Of a stretch of 32,672 bases of DNA, positions 1-9,200 are shown in pieces. Below the pieces are notes generated by a model, which worked only from the letters and a program-made list of their open reading frames with translations, was not told the DNA's origin and made no database searches. A program made the position numbers and the translations under genes. The DNA comes from an uncultured Desulfomonile sp. GTDB lineage: Bacteria; Desulfobacterota; Desulfomonilia; Desulfomonilales; Desulfomonilaceae. The stretch covers positions 1-32,672 of the forward strand of contig CAIXMD010000431.1 in assembly GCA_903920415.1 (NCBI GenBank). The letters are read 5' to 3'. Position 1 is the first letter of the stretch. Each line of letters opens with the position of its first letter.

Positions 1-93
1 ACCGGTTTCTCTGCTGACTTCAACAATACTTCGCGCCTCAGGCGGCAAGACTTTTTTTAACACGCCTACCATCACTGCTCTTGAATATCCCAT
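1..93 (-). CDS. hypothetical protein, 5' end only (continues past the left window edge)
   Basis: The reverse complement of 1-110 reads AAGGAGG (100-106), a 6-nt spacer, then ATG at 93. Translation is MGYSRAVMVGVLKKVLPPEARSIVEVSRETG, open to the window edge. It is too short for the ORF track and I recognise no family. Confidence 0.35.
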   Translation of the reverse strand, partial: MGYSRAVMVGVLKKVLPPEARSIVEVSRETG

Positions 94-400
94 AATTCAC
101 CTCCTTGTTAGAGGCGACATCTATATTAACACATAGGGTAACTAACAATAAATAAAGCACTAATAAGAGCTATCTATTACATTAAGCATGCAAGGGGGGG
201 GGCATTCTTAACATTAGATTCTAAAATAAGATCTGTTACTTATATAGAAATCAAAAAACTTTGGCGTTTAGTTTATGATTTTTTTTAGTGAAAAACTAAG
301 CTTAGCCATGAAATTTGACAACATTTTAAATAATTATCGAGATAGCGGAAATTGGCTGTCCATCGATAGAACTCATTGTCGAGAGTTGGTTGCGTTCGCT

Positions 401-2212
401 TTATTTACGATATGAACCTAGATAGAGTTTGATGAGTTTTGCAGCAAAACCTACAACTTCGCGATCCGTTAAAATGGATAAGAGTAATCCTGTCATTCGT
501 CCGGGGTTGTTGTGTATCCACTCGTTTCTATAGAGCACGCTCATGAGTTTGTCCATAGAGACTCCGCAGGCACACTCTATAAGTTCGTCAAGCTGAATCC
601 GGGGGCCTGTAAAAGGCCGATTATTTTGCTGCACCGCCATCGTGAGCACCCTATTACCTGAGCGCTCTGAAAGAGAATAATCAATGCTTTTACCTGATGA
701 GTGCACTATCCGGAGAGCAATGGGCTGTTGCAGGGTTTTGCATTTAGCTGTGGCTGGTTGTTCTACAACCCCATGTTCGTGGTCAAGAAACCTAATAAGA
801 GCATTGAACACAAGATCGCTGATCTGTTTGTTTGTAAGGTTCTTGTTGACCCTCATGAGCCAGCTGAGTTGAAAAAGGTCGATCAGGAAGCTGATGAGCA
901 CTGCACTGGTGCTGTTGCGCTTCATTGCTGACTTGTAGCGATTGAAGGCAACATTGCAGTATGCCAGCATGGCGATTAGGGTCTCTCTGTCCATGCTGCG
1001 GGTTTCAATGACCGGGCAGTAGTTGTTGTAGAGATCCCAGTCAAATGAACGGATTTTCCCTTCGTTTTTATACTCATGGAAGATCCCAGTGCCTGGATAG
1101 GGAGTCATGATCATAAAAAGAGCCTGCCGGAGACCAAGCGATTTTGCAAACTCCGGGTAGGCGAGGGTATCCTGGATATTTTCGGTGTAGTGTCCAATGA
1201 TGAAATACCCTTCGGCACCGATACTGTTTTTGCTGCAAAGCTCTATGGCACGGGCTACGTCACCAAGGCTGTTTTTTTTGTTCATCAGGGCAAGGGTGGC
1301 TTCGTTCGGGCTTTCGATACCGAGACCTACTTTGCTTAGTCCTATCCGGCGAAGCTTGTCGAGAATGCGTTCGGCCCGGACAAGGTCTTTTGCTCTGGAT
1401 TCCGTCATGATGCGGAAATTGGTCAATCCCCTTTCGATCATCATGTCGCAGATTTTTTCCGCCCTGCCGATGTTGGTAAGGAAGTTTGCGTCCCAGATTT
1501 TAATGAGCTTTTTATTGTTGGGATCATGCAACAGGGCTATCTCTTCAACTACATTTTCGGCACTTCTGCCTCTCCAGCCTTTATGCATCTGGTCATTGGC
1601 GCAGAAGGAACACGACCAAGGGCAACCCCTTGAGGTGTAGATAGTATCAATAGAGTAGGCATTGCCTTTTTCCCCATATCGGTCTGGACGAAGAGAGCGC
1701 ATCGGGAAACGAATAGAGTCTATGTTGGCAATAGTCTCCCTCTGACCAGTGTAGACAATGCCCCCTCCTTCACGGTAGGCAAGCCCTTTGACATCACGAG
1801 AGGGGCCTTTGAGCACCAGCTCCCTGAAGGTCTCTTCGCCCTCGCCAATGACAACAACATCAACACAGGAAAGCTTGAGGACTTCTTCTGGCAGTGCGGT
1901 TGGATGGAAACCGCCCATGACAACGAATTTACCGGCATCCTTGGCAATTCGGGCAAGTCGTTCCGCCTGGTTGAAGGCTCCGGTCATTGAGGAGATGGCA
2001 ACCAGGTCTATAGGACTTTTTTTCAAGAGAGAGCGCAGACTATCGAATACTCCATCATTATAGAAGCTGTCAGGCATAACCAGACTTTCGACATCATGCT
2101 CAACTGCAGCGGCGAGGTAACAGACACCGATGCAGTCGGTGATAAACCGGGGAAAAGGTATAATAATGGTCTGTGGGGCTTCAACGAGGCAGAGGTGGTT
2201 AAAATATGCCAT
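401..2212 (-). CDS. cobalamin (B12)-binding radical SAM enzyme, BchE/P-methylase-like (class B), with a ~150-aa C-terminal extension of unknown affinity
   Basis: 603-aa ORF with an ATG start. The N-terminal region looks like a B12-binding Rossmann fold (VAISSMTGAFNQAERLARIAKDAGKFVVMGGFHPT). The radical SAM CxxxCxxC motif is present (SRGCPWSCSFCAN). The tail after about residue 450 matches nothing I recognise. Confidence 0.85.
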   Translation of the reverse strand: MAYFNHLCLVEAPQTIIIPFPRFITDCIGVCYLAAAVEHDVESLVMPDSFYNDGVFDSLRSLLKKSPIDLVAISSMTGAFNQAERLARIAKDAGKFVVMGGFHPTALPEEVLKLSCVDVVVIGEGEETFRELVLKGPSRDVKGLAYREGGGIVYTGQRETIANIDSIRFPMRSLRPDRYGEKGNAYSIDTIYTSRGCPWSCSFCANDQMHKGWRGRSAENVVEEIALLHDPNNKKLIKIWDANFLTNIGRAEKICDMMIERGLTNFRIMTESRAKDLVRAERILDKLRRIGLSKVGLGIESPNEATLALMNKKNSLGDVARAIELCSKNSIGAEGYFIIGHYTENIQDTLAYPEFAKSLGLRQALFMIMTPYPGTGIFHEYKNEGKIRSFDWDLYNNYCPVIETRSMDRETLIAMLAYCNVAFNRYKSAMKRNSTSAVLISFLIDLFQLSWLMRVNKNLTNKQISDLVFNALIRFLDHEHGVVEQPATAKCKTLQQPIALRIVHSSGKSIDYSLSERSGNRVLTMAVQQNNRPFTGPRIQLDELIECACGVSMDKLMSVLYRNEWIHNNPGRMTGLLLSILTDREVVGFAAKLIKLYLGSYRK

Positions 2213-2488
2213 AAAACCTTGATCTTGAACCTAATTTGCCAGTAACAATTTTTCTTAAATATACGCATTACAGACGTTTTCACATGGAACTAAGTAGGAG
2301 AATACAGAATTGATACATTGTTTTAATCAAAAACCCTCAGGCTGAGTATATTGATTGAGAAGTTGGAAATATGGAGGAACCCGTTATAAAACCTGATCAT
2401 AAATACTATGCTGCAGCTGAAAACCGCCGGTTTTAAAGCCTTGGGTAATCTGCGTTCTTCGGGGAATTTTTCCTCTGGATTCCTGAAT

Positions 2489-3307
2489 ATGGATGAGCTG
2501 AATCTGAAAGCTGACGAAGCTGTAGCTCGTTTTCTTGATGAACGTTTCGCTGTTTCTCAAGAGCTTGGCGGAGTTTTTTTTCTGCTTGAGCTTCTTGACA
2601 CTGCAATACGCACCTCGGATCAGGAACTGATGGACAAGCCGAACCTGCCCGAAAACGAAAAACTTGACATGGTGCAGGCTTTGGATCGGCAAAACGTGAT
2701 GATGCAACTCTACCCCAGATATATCGACACTCTTCTGCCATTAATCACCGAGGTTGCGGAGCGCACCAAAAGGGAAGTAAGGGTACTTGAACTGGCAAGC
2801 GGTGCCGGAGGTCTTGCTTTCGCACTCGCTGAGACGGCAGAGCAGAAAAATCTCGATGTGCGCATTACCGCTTCGGATATTGTGCCTGCTTTTATTGAAG
2901 AGGGAAATGGAATAGCTGCGAAAAAAAAACTTGCTGTCAGCTTCCGGTTGCTCAATGCGTTTGCTATGACCGAGTTGGAGATGAGTGAATTTGATATTGT
3001 GGTTATGGCACAAAGTTTACACCATTTTACTCCGGGGCAGTTGGCGGTAATTATAGCCCAGTCGGCACGGTATGCTACGACTGCGTTTGTCGGAATCGAC
3101 GGATACCGCAGCATGCTGCTTACCGGCGGAGTTCCTCTTATTGCCAGCCTGCAGGGCATAGGGTCTTTTACCCTTGACGGTTTGACTTCTGCGCGAAAAT
3201 TCTATTCTGAACTTGAACTGGATATTATTTCGGAGATTGCTACGGGGAGAAGAGAGCATAGGGTGGAGTGTTTGTGGCCATTCAGTGTGCTTACTGTAAG
3301 ATTTTAA
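2489..3307 (+). CDS. class I SAM-dependent methyltransferase
   Basis: The ORF is open from 2408, but the first 27 codons look non-protein-like, so I prefer the ATG at 2489 (MDELNLKADEAV...). Motif I is VLELASGAGGLAFALAE, followed by an acidic residue after beta-2 (ITASDIV) and a later VVMAQSLHHF segment. Confidence 0.7.
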   Translation: MDELNLKADEAVARFLDERFAVSQELGGVFFLLELLDTAIRTSDQELMDKPNLPENEKLDMVQALDRQNVMMQLYPRYIDTLLPLITEVAERTKREVRVLELASGAGGLAFALAETAEQKNLDVRITASDIVPAFIEEGNGIAAKKKLAVSFRLLNAFAMTELEMSEFDIVVMAQSLHHFTPGQLAVIIAQSARYATTAFVGIDGYRSMLLTGGVPLIASLQGIGSFTLDGLTSARKFYSELELDIISEIATGRREHRVECLWPFSVLTVRF

Positions 3308-3320
3308 GTTGTGTCAATTA

Positions 3321-3522
3321 GTGCTGAGGGCCGAGTTCTGAGTGCTGAGTGCTGGGTGCTGGGTGCTGAGGAAAAACAAGAAAGGAAAATAGTACGGAGG
3401 GCTTAGGGAAGACGTTTGAGGTTGTATAGATCCCTCCCGTTGGTCGGGATGACTAATGCAGACTGCTCACTCAACCGTTTTCACTCAGTACTCAGCACTC
3501 GGCCCTCAGCACTACCAACTGC
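3321..3522. repeat. MITE/REP-like inverted-repeat element, copy 1
   Basis: The 31-nt arms 3321-3351 and 3482-3512 are complementary at 29/31 positions and consist of GTGCTGAG/GGCCGAG units. A central core at 3415-3453 contains an ATCCC...GGGAT hairpin (3430-3450). No ORF is present. A homologous copy lies at 6070-6237. Confidence 0.75.
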
Positions 3523-3605
3523 TGGCTGAAGGAAAGAGGTGGATTTGGGAAATTCGGTTATATTGGTGTAATAATTTTACAAAAAAATAAACGGAGCTGG
3601 TACGT

Positions 3606-4052
3606 ATGAAGGTTGTCAAGCTATTAGTTGGCGTTGTCATTGTTCTTGCGGCTATACAGTTTGTGCCTTATGGCCGGGACCACAAGAACCCTCCTGTAAC
3701 AGGTGAACCTAAATGGGATTCTCCGAAAACGCATGAGCTTTATAACCGTGCCTGCAAGGATTGCCATTCCAACGAAACTGTGTGGCCCTGGTACAGCTCT
3801 TATGCTCCGGTATCTTGGCTGACCCAGCTTGACGTCTCTTTTGGACGTAGTGTTTTCAACACGTCTGAATGGGGACGATCTGGGAAAAATGAGGGTGATA
3901 AAGCTGCTGCTGAGGTTAGAAAAGGCAAAATGCCCCTCTTTATTTATCTCCCTGCACATCCGGAAGCAAAGTTGAATGCTGATGAAAAAAAGCAACTTGT
4001 TGATGGCCTGGTTGCAACATTCGGCGAAAAAAAGAGCAAGAAAAAAGAGTAG
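3606..4052 (+). CDS. heme-binding domain protein (Haem_bd-like, single CxxCH), membrane anchored
   Basis: 148 aa with an N-terminal TM helix ([14 protein letters not shown]). Contains [23 protein letters not shown], which is characteristic of the heme-binding domain family. A GGAG motif lies upstream of the ATG. Confidence 0.8.
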   Translation: MKVVKLLVGVVIVLAAIQFVPYGRDHKNPPVTGEPKWDSPKTHELYNRACKDCHSNETVWPWYSSYAPVSWLTQLDVSFGRSVFNTSEWGRSGKNEGDKAAAEVRKGKMPLFIYLPAHPEAKLNADEKKQLVDGLVATFGEKKSKKKE

Positions 4053-4059
4053 TACCACG

Positions 4060-4096
4060 CTATAAACTACCTGGCATCCAGCTGGGTAGCTTATAG
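4060..4096 (+). terminator. hairpin downstream of the heme-binding protein gene (possible terminator)
   Basis: Arms 4060-4071 (CTATAAACTACC) and 4085-4096 (GGTAGCTTATAG) pair at 11/12 positions. There is no clear T-run after the stem. Confidence 0.3.
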
Positions 4097-4148
4097 TATT
4101 CCTGACAAAAGCATCCCCTACCTTGCAACTGTTTTCAGCATTGATTTC

Positions 4149-5144
4149 ATGAGTTTTCCCTTTTTTCGTGCACGAACCACGCCTGCTTTACACAACTACC
4201 CTCTTCATCTGTCACTTTTTCTTTTAACGGTACTTTCAACACTGTGGGCTGGAGCTTTCTGGGGCGGGAAGGCGACTCTTACTTCAGGCATCACGTACTC
4301 TTTCTGCCTGCTTCTCTTTTTAAGCGTTCACGAATTCGGGCATTTTTTTGCAACACTGCACCACCGGGTTCGCGCAACACTCCCGTATTACATTCCCGTT
4401 CCTCCCCTGCCGTTTCTCCTCAGCCTTGGCACTATGGGAGCGGTAATCAAAATCAAAGAGAAAATACCGGGCACAAAAGCTCTGTTCGATATCGGTATTG
4501 CAGGCCCGTTAAGCGGTTTTGCCGTTTGCTCAGGACTTCTCGTCTATGGGTTTTTGAATCTTCCTCCGGCAAATTTTATCTACACCATTCATCCTGAATA
4601 CCTGACACAACCTGGCATGCAAACCCCGGTACCTAAAGGCACTCTAACCCTGGGGAAAAATCTTCTGTGGATAGCTCTGGAATACTTTATAGCTCCGAAA
4701 AACCTCCCGCCAATGACTGAGATGTACCACTATCCGTTTCTCTTCACCGGCTGGCTGGGCTCACTCGTCACGGCATTTAATCTGCTTCCTGTAGGTCAGC
4801 TTGATGGAGGGCATATCACCTACGCCATGTTTGGCCGGAAAGGTCATGAAAAAGCTGCCAGATCGTTTCTGATATTTATAGTGCTTCTAGGTTTTCCATC
4901 TTTTGTAGAACTGCTGCTTAGCCTTGTCAAACCGGATGCCGTGCGGTTAATTCCTCCTCTAGTTCTGCATTGGTCATGGCCAGGCTGGCTGCTCTGGGCG
5001 TTAATTCTTTCAAGGGTCATTGGTTTAAGACATCCTCCGACATGGAATGACCAACCCTTGACAACGCCAAGAAAAGTGTTCGGATGGATAGCTATTGTGA
5101 TATTTTTTCTGACATTTACTCCAGTACCATTTGACATAACATGA
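4149..5144 (+). CDS. site-2 protease family (peptidase M50) integral membrane metalloprotease
   Basis: 331 aa with multiple TM segments. Contains the HExxH motif (HEFGHFF) and the second S2P motif (NLLPVGQLDGGH). Confidence 0.85.
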   Translation: MSFPFFRARTTPALHNYPLHLSLFLLTVLSTLWAGAFWGGKATLTSGITYSFCLLLFLSVHEFGHFFATLHHRVRATLPYYIPVPPLPFLLSLGTMGAVIKIKEKIPGTKALFDIGIAGPLSGFAVCSGLLVYGFLNLPPANFIYTIHPEYLTQPGMQTPVPKGTLTLGKNLLWIALEYFIAPKNLPPMTEMYHYPFLFTGWLGSLVTAFNLLPVGQLDGGHITYAMFGRKGHEKAARSFLIFIVLLGFPSFVELLLSLVKPDAVRLIPPLVLHWSWPGWLLWALILSRVIGLRHPPTWNDQPLTTPRKVFGWIAIVIFFLTFTPVPFDIT

Positions 5145-6076
5145 AACGCGAGTTGATGAGTGGCGATATAATCAAGGATGGGCGGTTCAGGCTCAACTGC
5201 TCTGGCCGTATACTCGATCTCTCTAAAGGTCCGGTCATCATGGGCATTGTGAATACAACTCCCGATTCCTTTTATGACGGAGGAACGTTTCAAAAAAAGG
5301 TATGTGAAGTCGATCTGGACCACGCGTTCGACCATGCACTTGCTATGATCAGGGCTGGAGCTTCAATTATCGATATTGGCGGAGAATCATCCCGACCAGG
5401 TGCAAAGCTGATTTCAGAGGTTGAAGAGATTGAGCGCACCATGCCGCTTATTACGCTTTTACACAAAAAAACAGATGTCCTGATTTCTATCGACACTTAC
5501 AAGGCTGCAGTGGCAGAAAAAGCGTTACAGGCAGGAGCTCATATCGTCAATGATATTTCAGGGTTCACCTTCGACAACAATCTCCCTGCCATCTGCCGCA
5601 AGTATCGGGCCGCTGTGATTTTAATGCACACTCCGGTAAAACCGGATTCAATGGAGTGGAGTACCGGAATAGACTCAGGGGAAGAAGATATTATCGCAAG
5701 TGTCTGCCACTCTCTTCAACAATCAATTGTGACGGCTGAAAAGCATTCAATCGATGATATTATTATCGATCCCGGTTTCGGATTTGGCAAAAGCGTGGCC
5801 GAAAATTTCCGTTTGCTCAACCATCTCAACTCACTTCTCACGCTCGGCAGACCGATTCTGGCCGGTTTATCCAGAAAATCGTTTCTCGGCGATGCCATCA
5901 CTCGTCCGGGGCATGAAACCCCGCCACCCGGCGAAAGACTTCCTGCATCGATTGCTGCAGGAACTATTGCGTTGATGAACGGAGCTAATATTCTCAGGGT
6001 TCACGATGTTGAAGCAGCATGGCAGAGCTTGAGGGTAGTGATGAGGGGAAAGAAAGTGCCGAGGGATGAGTGCTGA
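5141..6076 (+). CDS. folP: dihydropteroate synthase
   Basis: Motifs GIVNTTPDSFYDGG, IIDIGGESSRPGA and IIIDPGFGFGK. The start overlaps the M50 stop codon in an ATGA (5141-5144). The stop TGA at 6074-6076 lies inside repeat copy 2. Confidence 0.9.
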   Translation: MKRELMSGDIIKDGRFRLNCSGRILDLSKGPVIMGIVNTTPDSFYDGGTFQKKVCEVDLDHAFDHALAMIRAGASIIDIGGESSRPGAKLISEVEEIERTMPLITLLHKKTDVLISIDTYKAAVAEKALQAGAHIVNDISGFTFDNNLPAICRKYRAAVILMHTPVKPDSMEWSTGIDSGEEDIIASVCHSLQQSIVTAEKHSIDDIIIDPGFGFGKSVAENFRLLNHLNSLLTLGRPILAGLSRKSFLGDAITRPGHETPPPGERLPASIAAGTIALMNGANILRVHDVEAAWQSLRVVMRGKKVPRDEC

Positions 6077-6237
6077 GGGTCGAGGGAAGAGGGCGACCAC
6101 AAGGGTCGCCCGTACGGGACTGAGGGCGGAGTTCTGAAGAACTATATTTGAGGTTTTAATAGATCCCTCCCTTTGGTCGGGATGACAGATTGGGGGGGGA
6201 GCACTCGGCCCTCAGCACTCGGCACTTAGCCAACTGC
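6070..6237. repeat. MITE/REP-like inverted-repeat element, copy 2
   Basis: Arms 6070-6084 (GTGCTGAGGGTCGAG) and 6204-6218 (CTCGGCCCTCAGCAC) are complementary at 14/15 positions. The core 6147-6186 matches the copy 1 core at 37 of 40 hand-aligned positions. A nested hairpin GGGCGACC/GGTCGCCC lies at 6091-6111 and a G8 tract at 6192-6199. Confidence 0.7.
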
Positions 6238-6264
6238 CTACTGCCAACTAATATTTTATTCGCT

Positions 6265-9200
6265 ATGTATCTTTCGAAAATTGAGCTTTTTGGCTTTAAA
6301 AGCTTTGCGCATAAAGTCAGGATAAAATTTGACAAGGGTCTTACAGCAATCGTTGGACCTAATGGATGTGGCAAGACGAATGTTGTCGATGCCATGCGCT
6401 GGGTATTGGGCGAGCAGAAGTCTTCGTTGCTGCGGTCAGCGAAAATGGAAAACATTATATTCAACGGCTCAAAAAACCTCAAGCCCCTCAGTCTTACCGA
6501 AGTCTCTCTGACTATTGAGAATACACGAAACATCCTGCCTGTAGAATATACCGAAGTTACCGTCACCCGACGCCTGTACCGCAGCGGGGAGAGCGAGTTT
6601 CTTTTAAACCAGGTAAGCTGCCGATTAAAGGATATTCTCGACCTTTTTACCGATACAGGTATGGGAAGCGATGCCTATTCGGTCATTGAGCTTAAGATGA
6701 TTGAAGAGATTATCAGCAACAAAAGTGAAGAACGCCTGAAACTTTTTGAGGAAGCTGCAGGAATAACCCGCTATAAACAAAGACGGAAACAAACGTTCAA
6801 GCTGCTTGAAAGTGCTTCAAGAGACCTTTCCCGTGTTGATGATGTTTTGGCCGAAGTTGAAAAAAAGGTGAAAAGCCTCAAACTGCAGGTCAGAAAAGCC
6901 GAAAAGCTCAGGGAGCTGAAAAAAGAAATTCAAGGTATCGATCTTTCCCTCTCCTGGCTTGCCATGGAGGAGTTCCATGAAAAGCTTGAACCGATGCAGC
7001 AACGTATCCGCGAAGAGGAACTGGTGAACCATGCATGTGCTGCAAAGATTGCCTCTGAAGACAGCACCGCCCAAACTACTGAACTGCTGCTGCTTCAGGA
7101 AGAAACGAAACTATCCGAAATACAGAAAAAGCTGAACGAAAGCAATCAGCATATTCATGCTCTTGAAAAGCAGCTTTTGCAATATGAAGAGCATCAGAAA
7201 AACCTTGTAACGGAAACTGAACGCTTCAAAATAATCATCAGTGAAAAGGAGCTGAAAATCCGTGAGCAGGAGCTCCTCCATAGCGAACTGACACAGCGCA
7301 AAGCACCTTGTGAAGAGGCGTGCACTGCACTGCACTCTGCATTTCAAAACCTGGTTTCTGAACACGAACAGCTCAATACGACACTGAAGGCAGAGAGAAC
7401 TGCACTTTCTCTGGAGCGCAAGTTAAGCGCTGAAGAACAAAGCGCTTCGAACCAGCTCGCATTAACGAAACGCACGCTTGAATCGAAAAAAGAGTACCTG
7501 CGGACAACTTGTGAACGGCTTGAAATCAAGAAACTGGCAATTCTTGAAAAGCTGAACGCATCCCGATCGGATGAAGAGCAGTTATCAAAAGAGATCACCA
7601 TCAAAACCGCAAAAATCGCCGAAGCAAAAAGCAGGGAGAGAGTGTTAAGAGAGCAGCAGGAAGCCGTTTCAACCGAGATCGAGGCAAAAAAAGAATCTCT
7701 CCTGTTGCAGAGGTCCAGTCGGGATAAACTCCATAACCAGATTTTACTGGCTGATGCAGTTCTTGACAATTTTGAAGGAATGCCGGAAGGAATAGGATTT
7801 CTTGAAAAGCAGAAAAACGGAAAACATGGACTCGGCTGCATGACTGACCTTCTATCGCTTGAGAGTTCATACAAAAAAGCCGTCAATGCTGCGCTTGGCG
7901 AGAGCATGAGCTACTATGTGTGCCGGTCGCTCACTGAGGCTAAAGAGGGAATCGCAAATCTTACAAGTTCAAACAAGGGAAAGGTTAATTTTCTTGTACT
8001 CGATCTTGTCGCCGGACAGAGTGACAAAGACTATCCGGTGATCAACGGTGCCATAAAAACTCTTGAGGTACTTGCCTACCCACAGGAACTTCATGATGCG
8101 CTTCTTTTGATGCTCAACAAAAGTTATATCGTACCGGATCTCAGAACAGCCGAAACCCTGGCCCTCGTCAACCGCGACTGCTCATTTGTAACCCTGAGTG
8201 GAGAAACATTCTCCGGTAAAGGCATTCTCTTTGGCGGAAGCTCCAAAAACAATGAGGGCCTGAGGTTAGGGAAAAAAGCTGAACGCAACAAGTTGCAGAA
8301 AGAGCTTGCAAACCTTGAGAAAACAATCAAAGAGGAGGAGGAGATCCTTCTGCAGTTACGTAATAAACTTGAGTCCATTAAAGTTGCTGAACAACAGAAG
8401 AAGATTGAGCTGTTGACGACGGAACTTGGTGGATTTGAAAAGAGGTTGGCTCGATTCGAGGCCGAACAGAGCGAAAGAAAACTGGACGAAGTGCAGACAG
8501 GAAAGGAGATTGCTGCTATTCTGCAACAAAAAAATGCCTGTGAAAATGAACTGAACGAACTTCTTCCCGCAATCAGCATTGGCATTTCAAAAAGCGCACT
8601 TCTTGGAGATAAAATCCGGCAGATGCAGGAAAACCTGATTACCCTTGAGGCACGCCATCACCAGTTCGGCCTGGAAGTTCAAGCCAGCCAGAGCCGCTAT
8701 AAGGATTCGCTTCTTGAACTTGAAAAACTCCGGATCAACATTACCGCCTGTACAGAAAACAGGCATTCACTCTCGGAAGAGATCCAGAAACTGAACACCG
8801 ACATTGATACTGCTGAAAAGAAAAAACAGATCAGCTACGAAACGTCAAAAAAAATAAAAGAAGAACTTGATGCACTGCTTATTGTTGCTGCCGAGAAACA
8901 GAAAGCAGTTAATGACCTTGAATCGGCATATCGCGAACATCAGGCCAGGCATCATGAAACACAGGCGACGCTGAGGGATCTCCGTCGAAAACACGAGGTT
9001 GGACAGCAACTGCTCTCTACACTCAACAGCGAACGTATGCAACTCGAACACTCCCTGGATCATCTCTTTACAGAGGCTCAGCTTAAATACAACTGCGACC
9101 TTGCATCGATGACACCTCCAGTTATTGAAGAGTCGTTCGACAGAAAAGCAGCACAGCAGAAACTTGAAATTTTAACCCGGCAACGCGAACAATTTGGTGC

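Noticed and set aside
275-415. 46-codon plus-strand ORF (MIFFSEKLSLAMKFDN...) in the AT-rich gap
   Set aside because: It has no ribosome-binding site and overlaps the 3' end of the radical SAM gene. Its composition is AT-driven, so it is most likely chance.
2371-2436. 21-codon ORF (MEEPVIKPDHKYYAAAENRRF) in the spacer next to the radical SAM gene, considered as a RiPP precursor
   Set aside because: It lies on the opposite strand from the radical SAM gene and has only a weak ribosome-binding context. It has no Cys/Ser/Thr-rich core or leader-like features, and there is no protease or transporter nearby. An ORF of this length is easily produced by chance. It would be worth revisiting only if it is conserved in relatives.
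2408-2488. First 27 codons of the methyltransferase ORF as given in the track
   Set aside because: The sequence LQLKTAGFKALGNLRSSGNFSSGFLN looks non-protein-like. The ATG at 2489 gives a sensible N-terminus. The true start remains uncertain.
2213-2488. Possible cobalamin riboswitch upstream of the B12-dependent radical SAM gene
   Set aside because: The spacer is AT-rich, and I could not find a B12-box-like GCCACTG-type core or the GC-rich paired elements on either strand.
3321-3370. Reiterated GTGCTGAG/GTGCTGGG units considered as a CRISPR array
   Set aside because: The units are about 8 nt long and directly abutting, with no spacers. They form the arms of an inverted repeat, and no cas genes are present.
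6190-6264. N-terminal extension of the smc ORF in the ORF track (TTG start, MGGEHSALSTRHLANCLLPTNILFA)
   Set aside because: These codons are a translation of the repeat element's right arm. The canonical Smc N-terminus MYLSKIELFGFKSF begins at the ATG at 6265.
6156-6566. 136-aa minus-strand ORF ending ...SSRPKGGIY
   Set aside because: It is antisense to the smc 5' end, and its C-terminus merely reads through the conserved repeat core. It has no independent coding signal.
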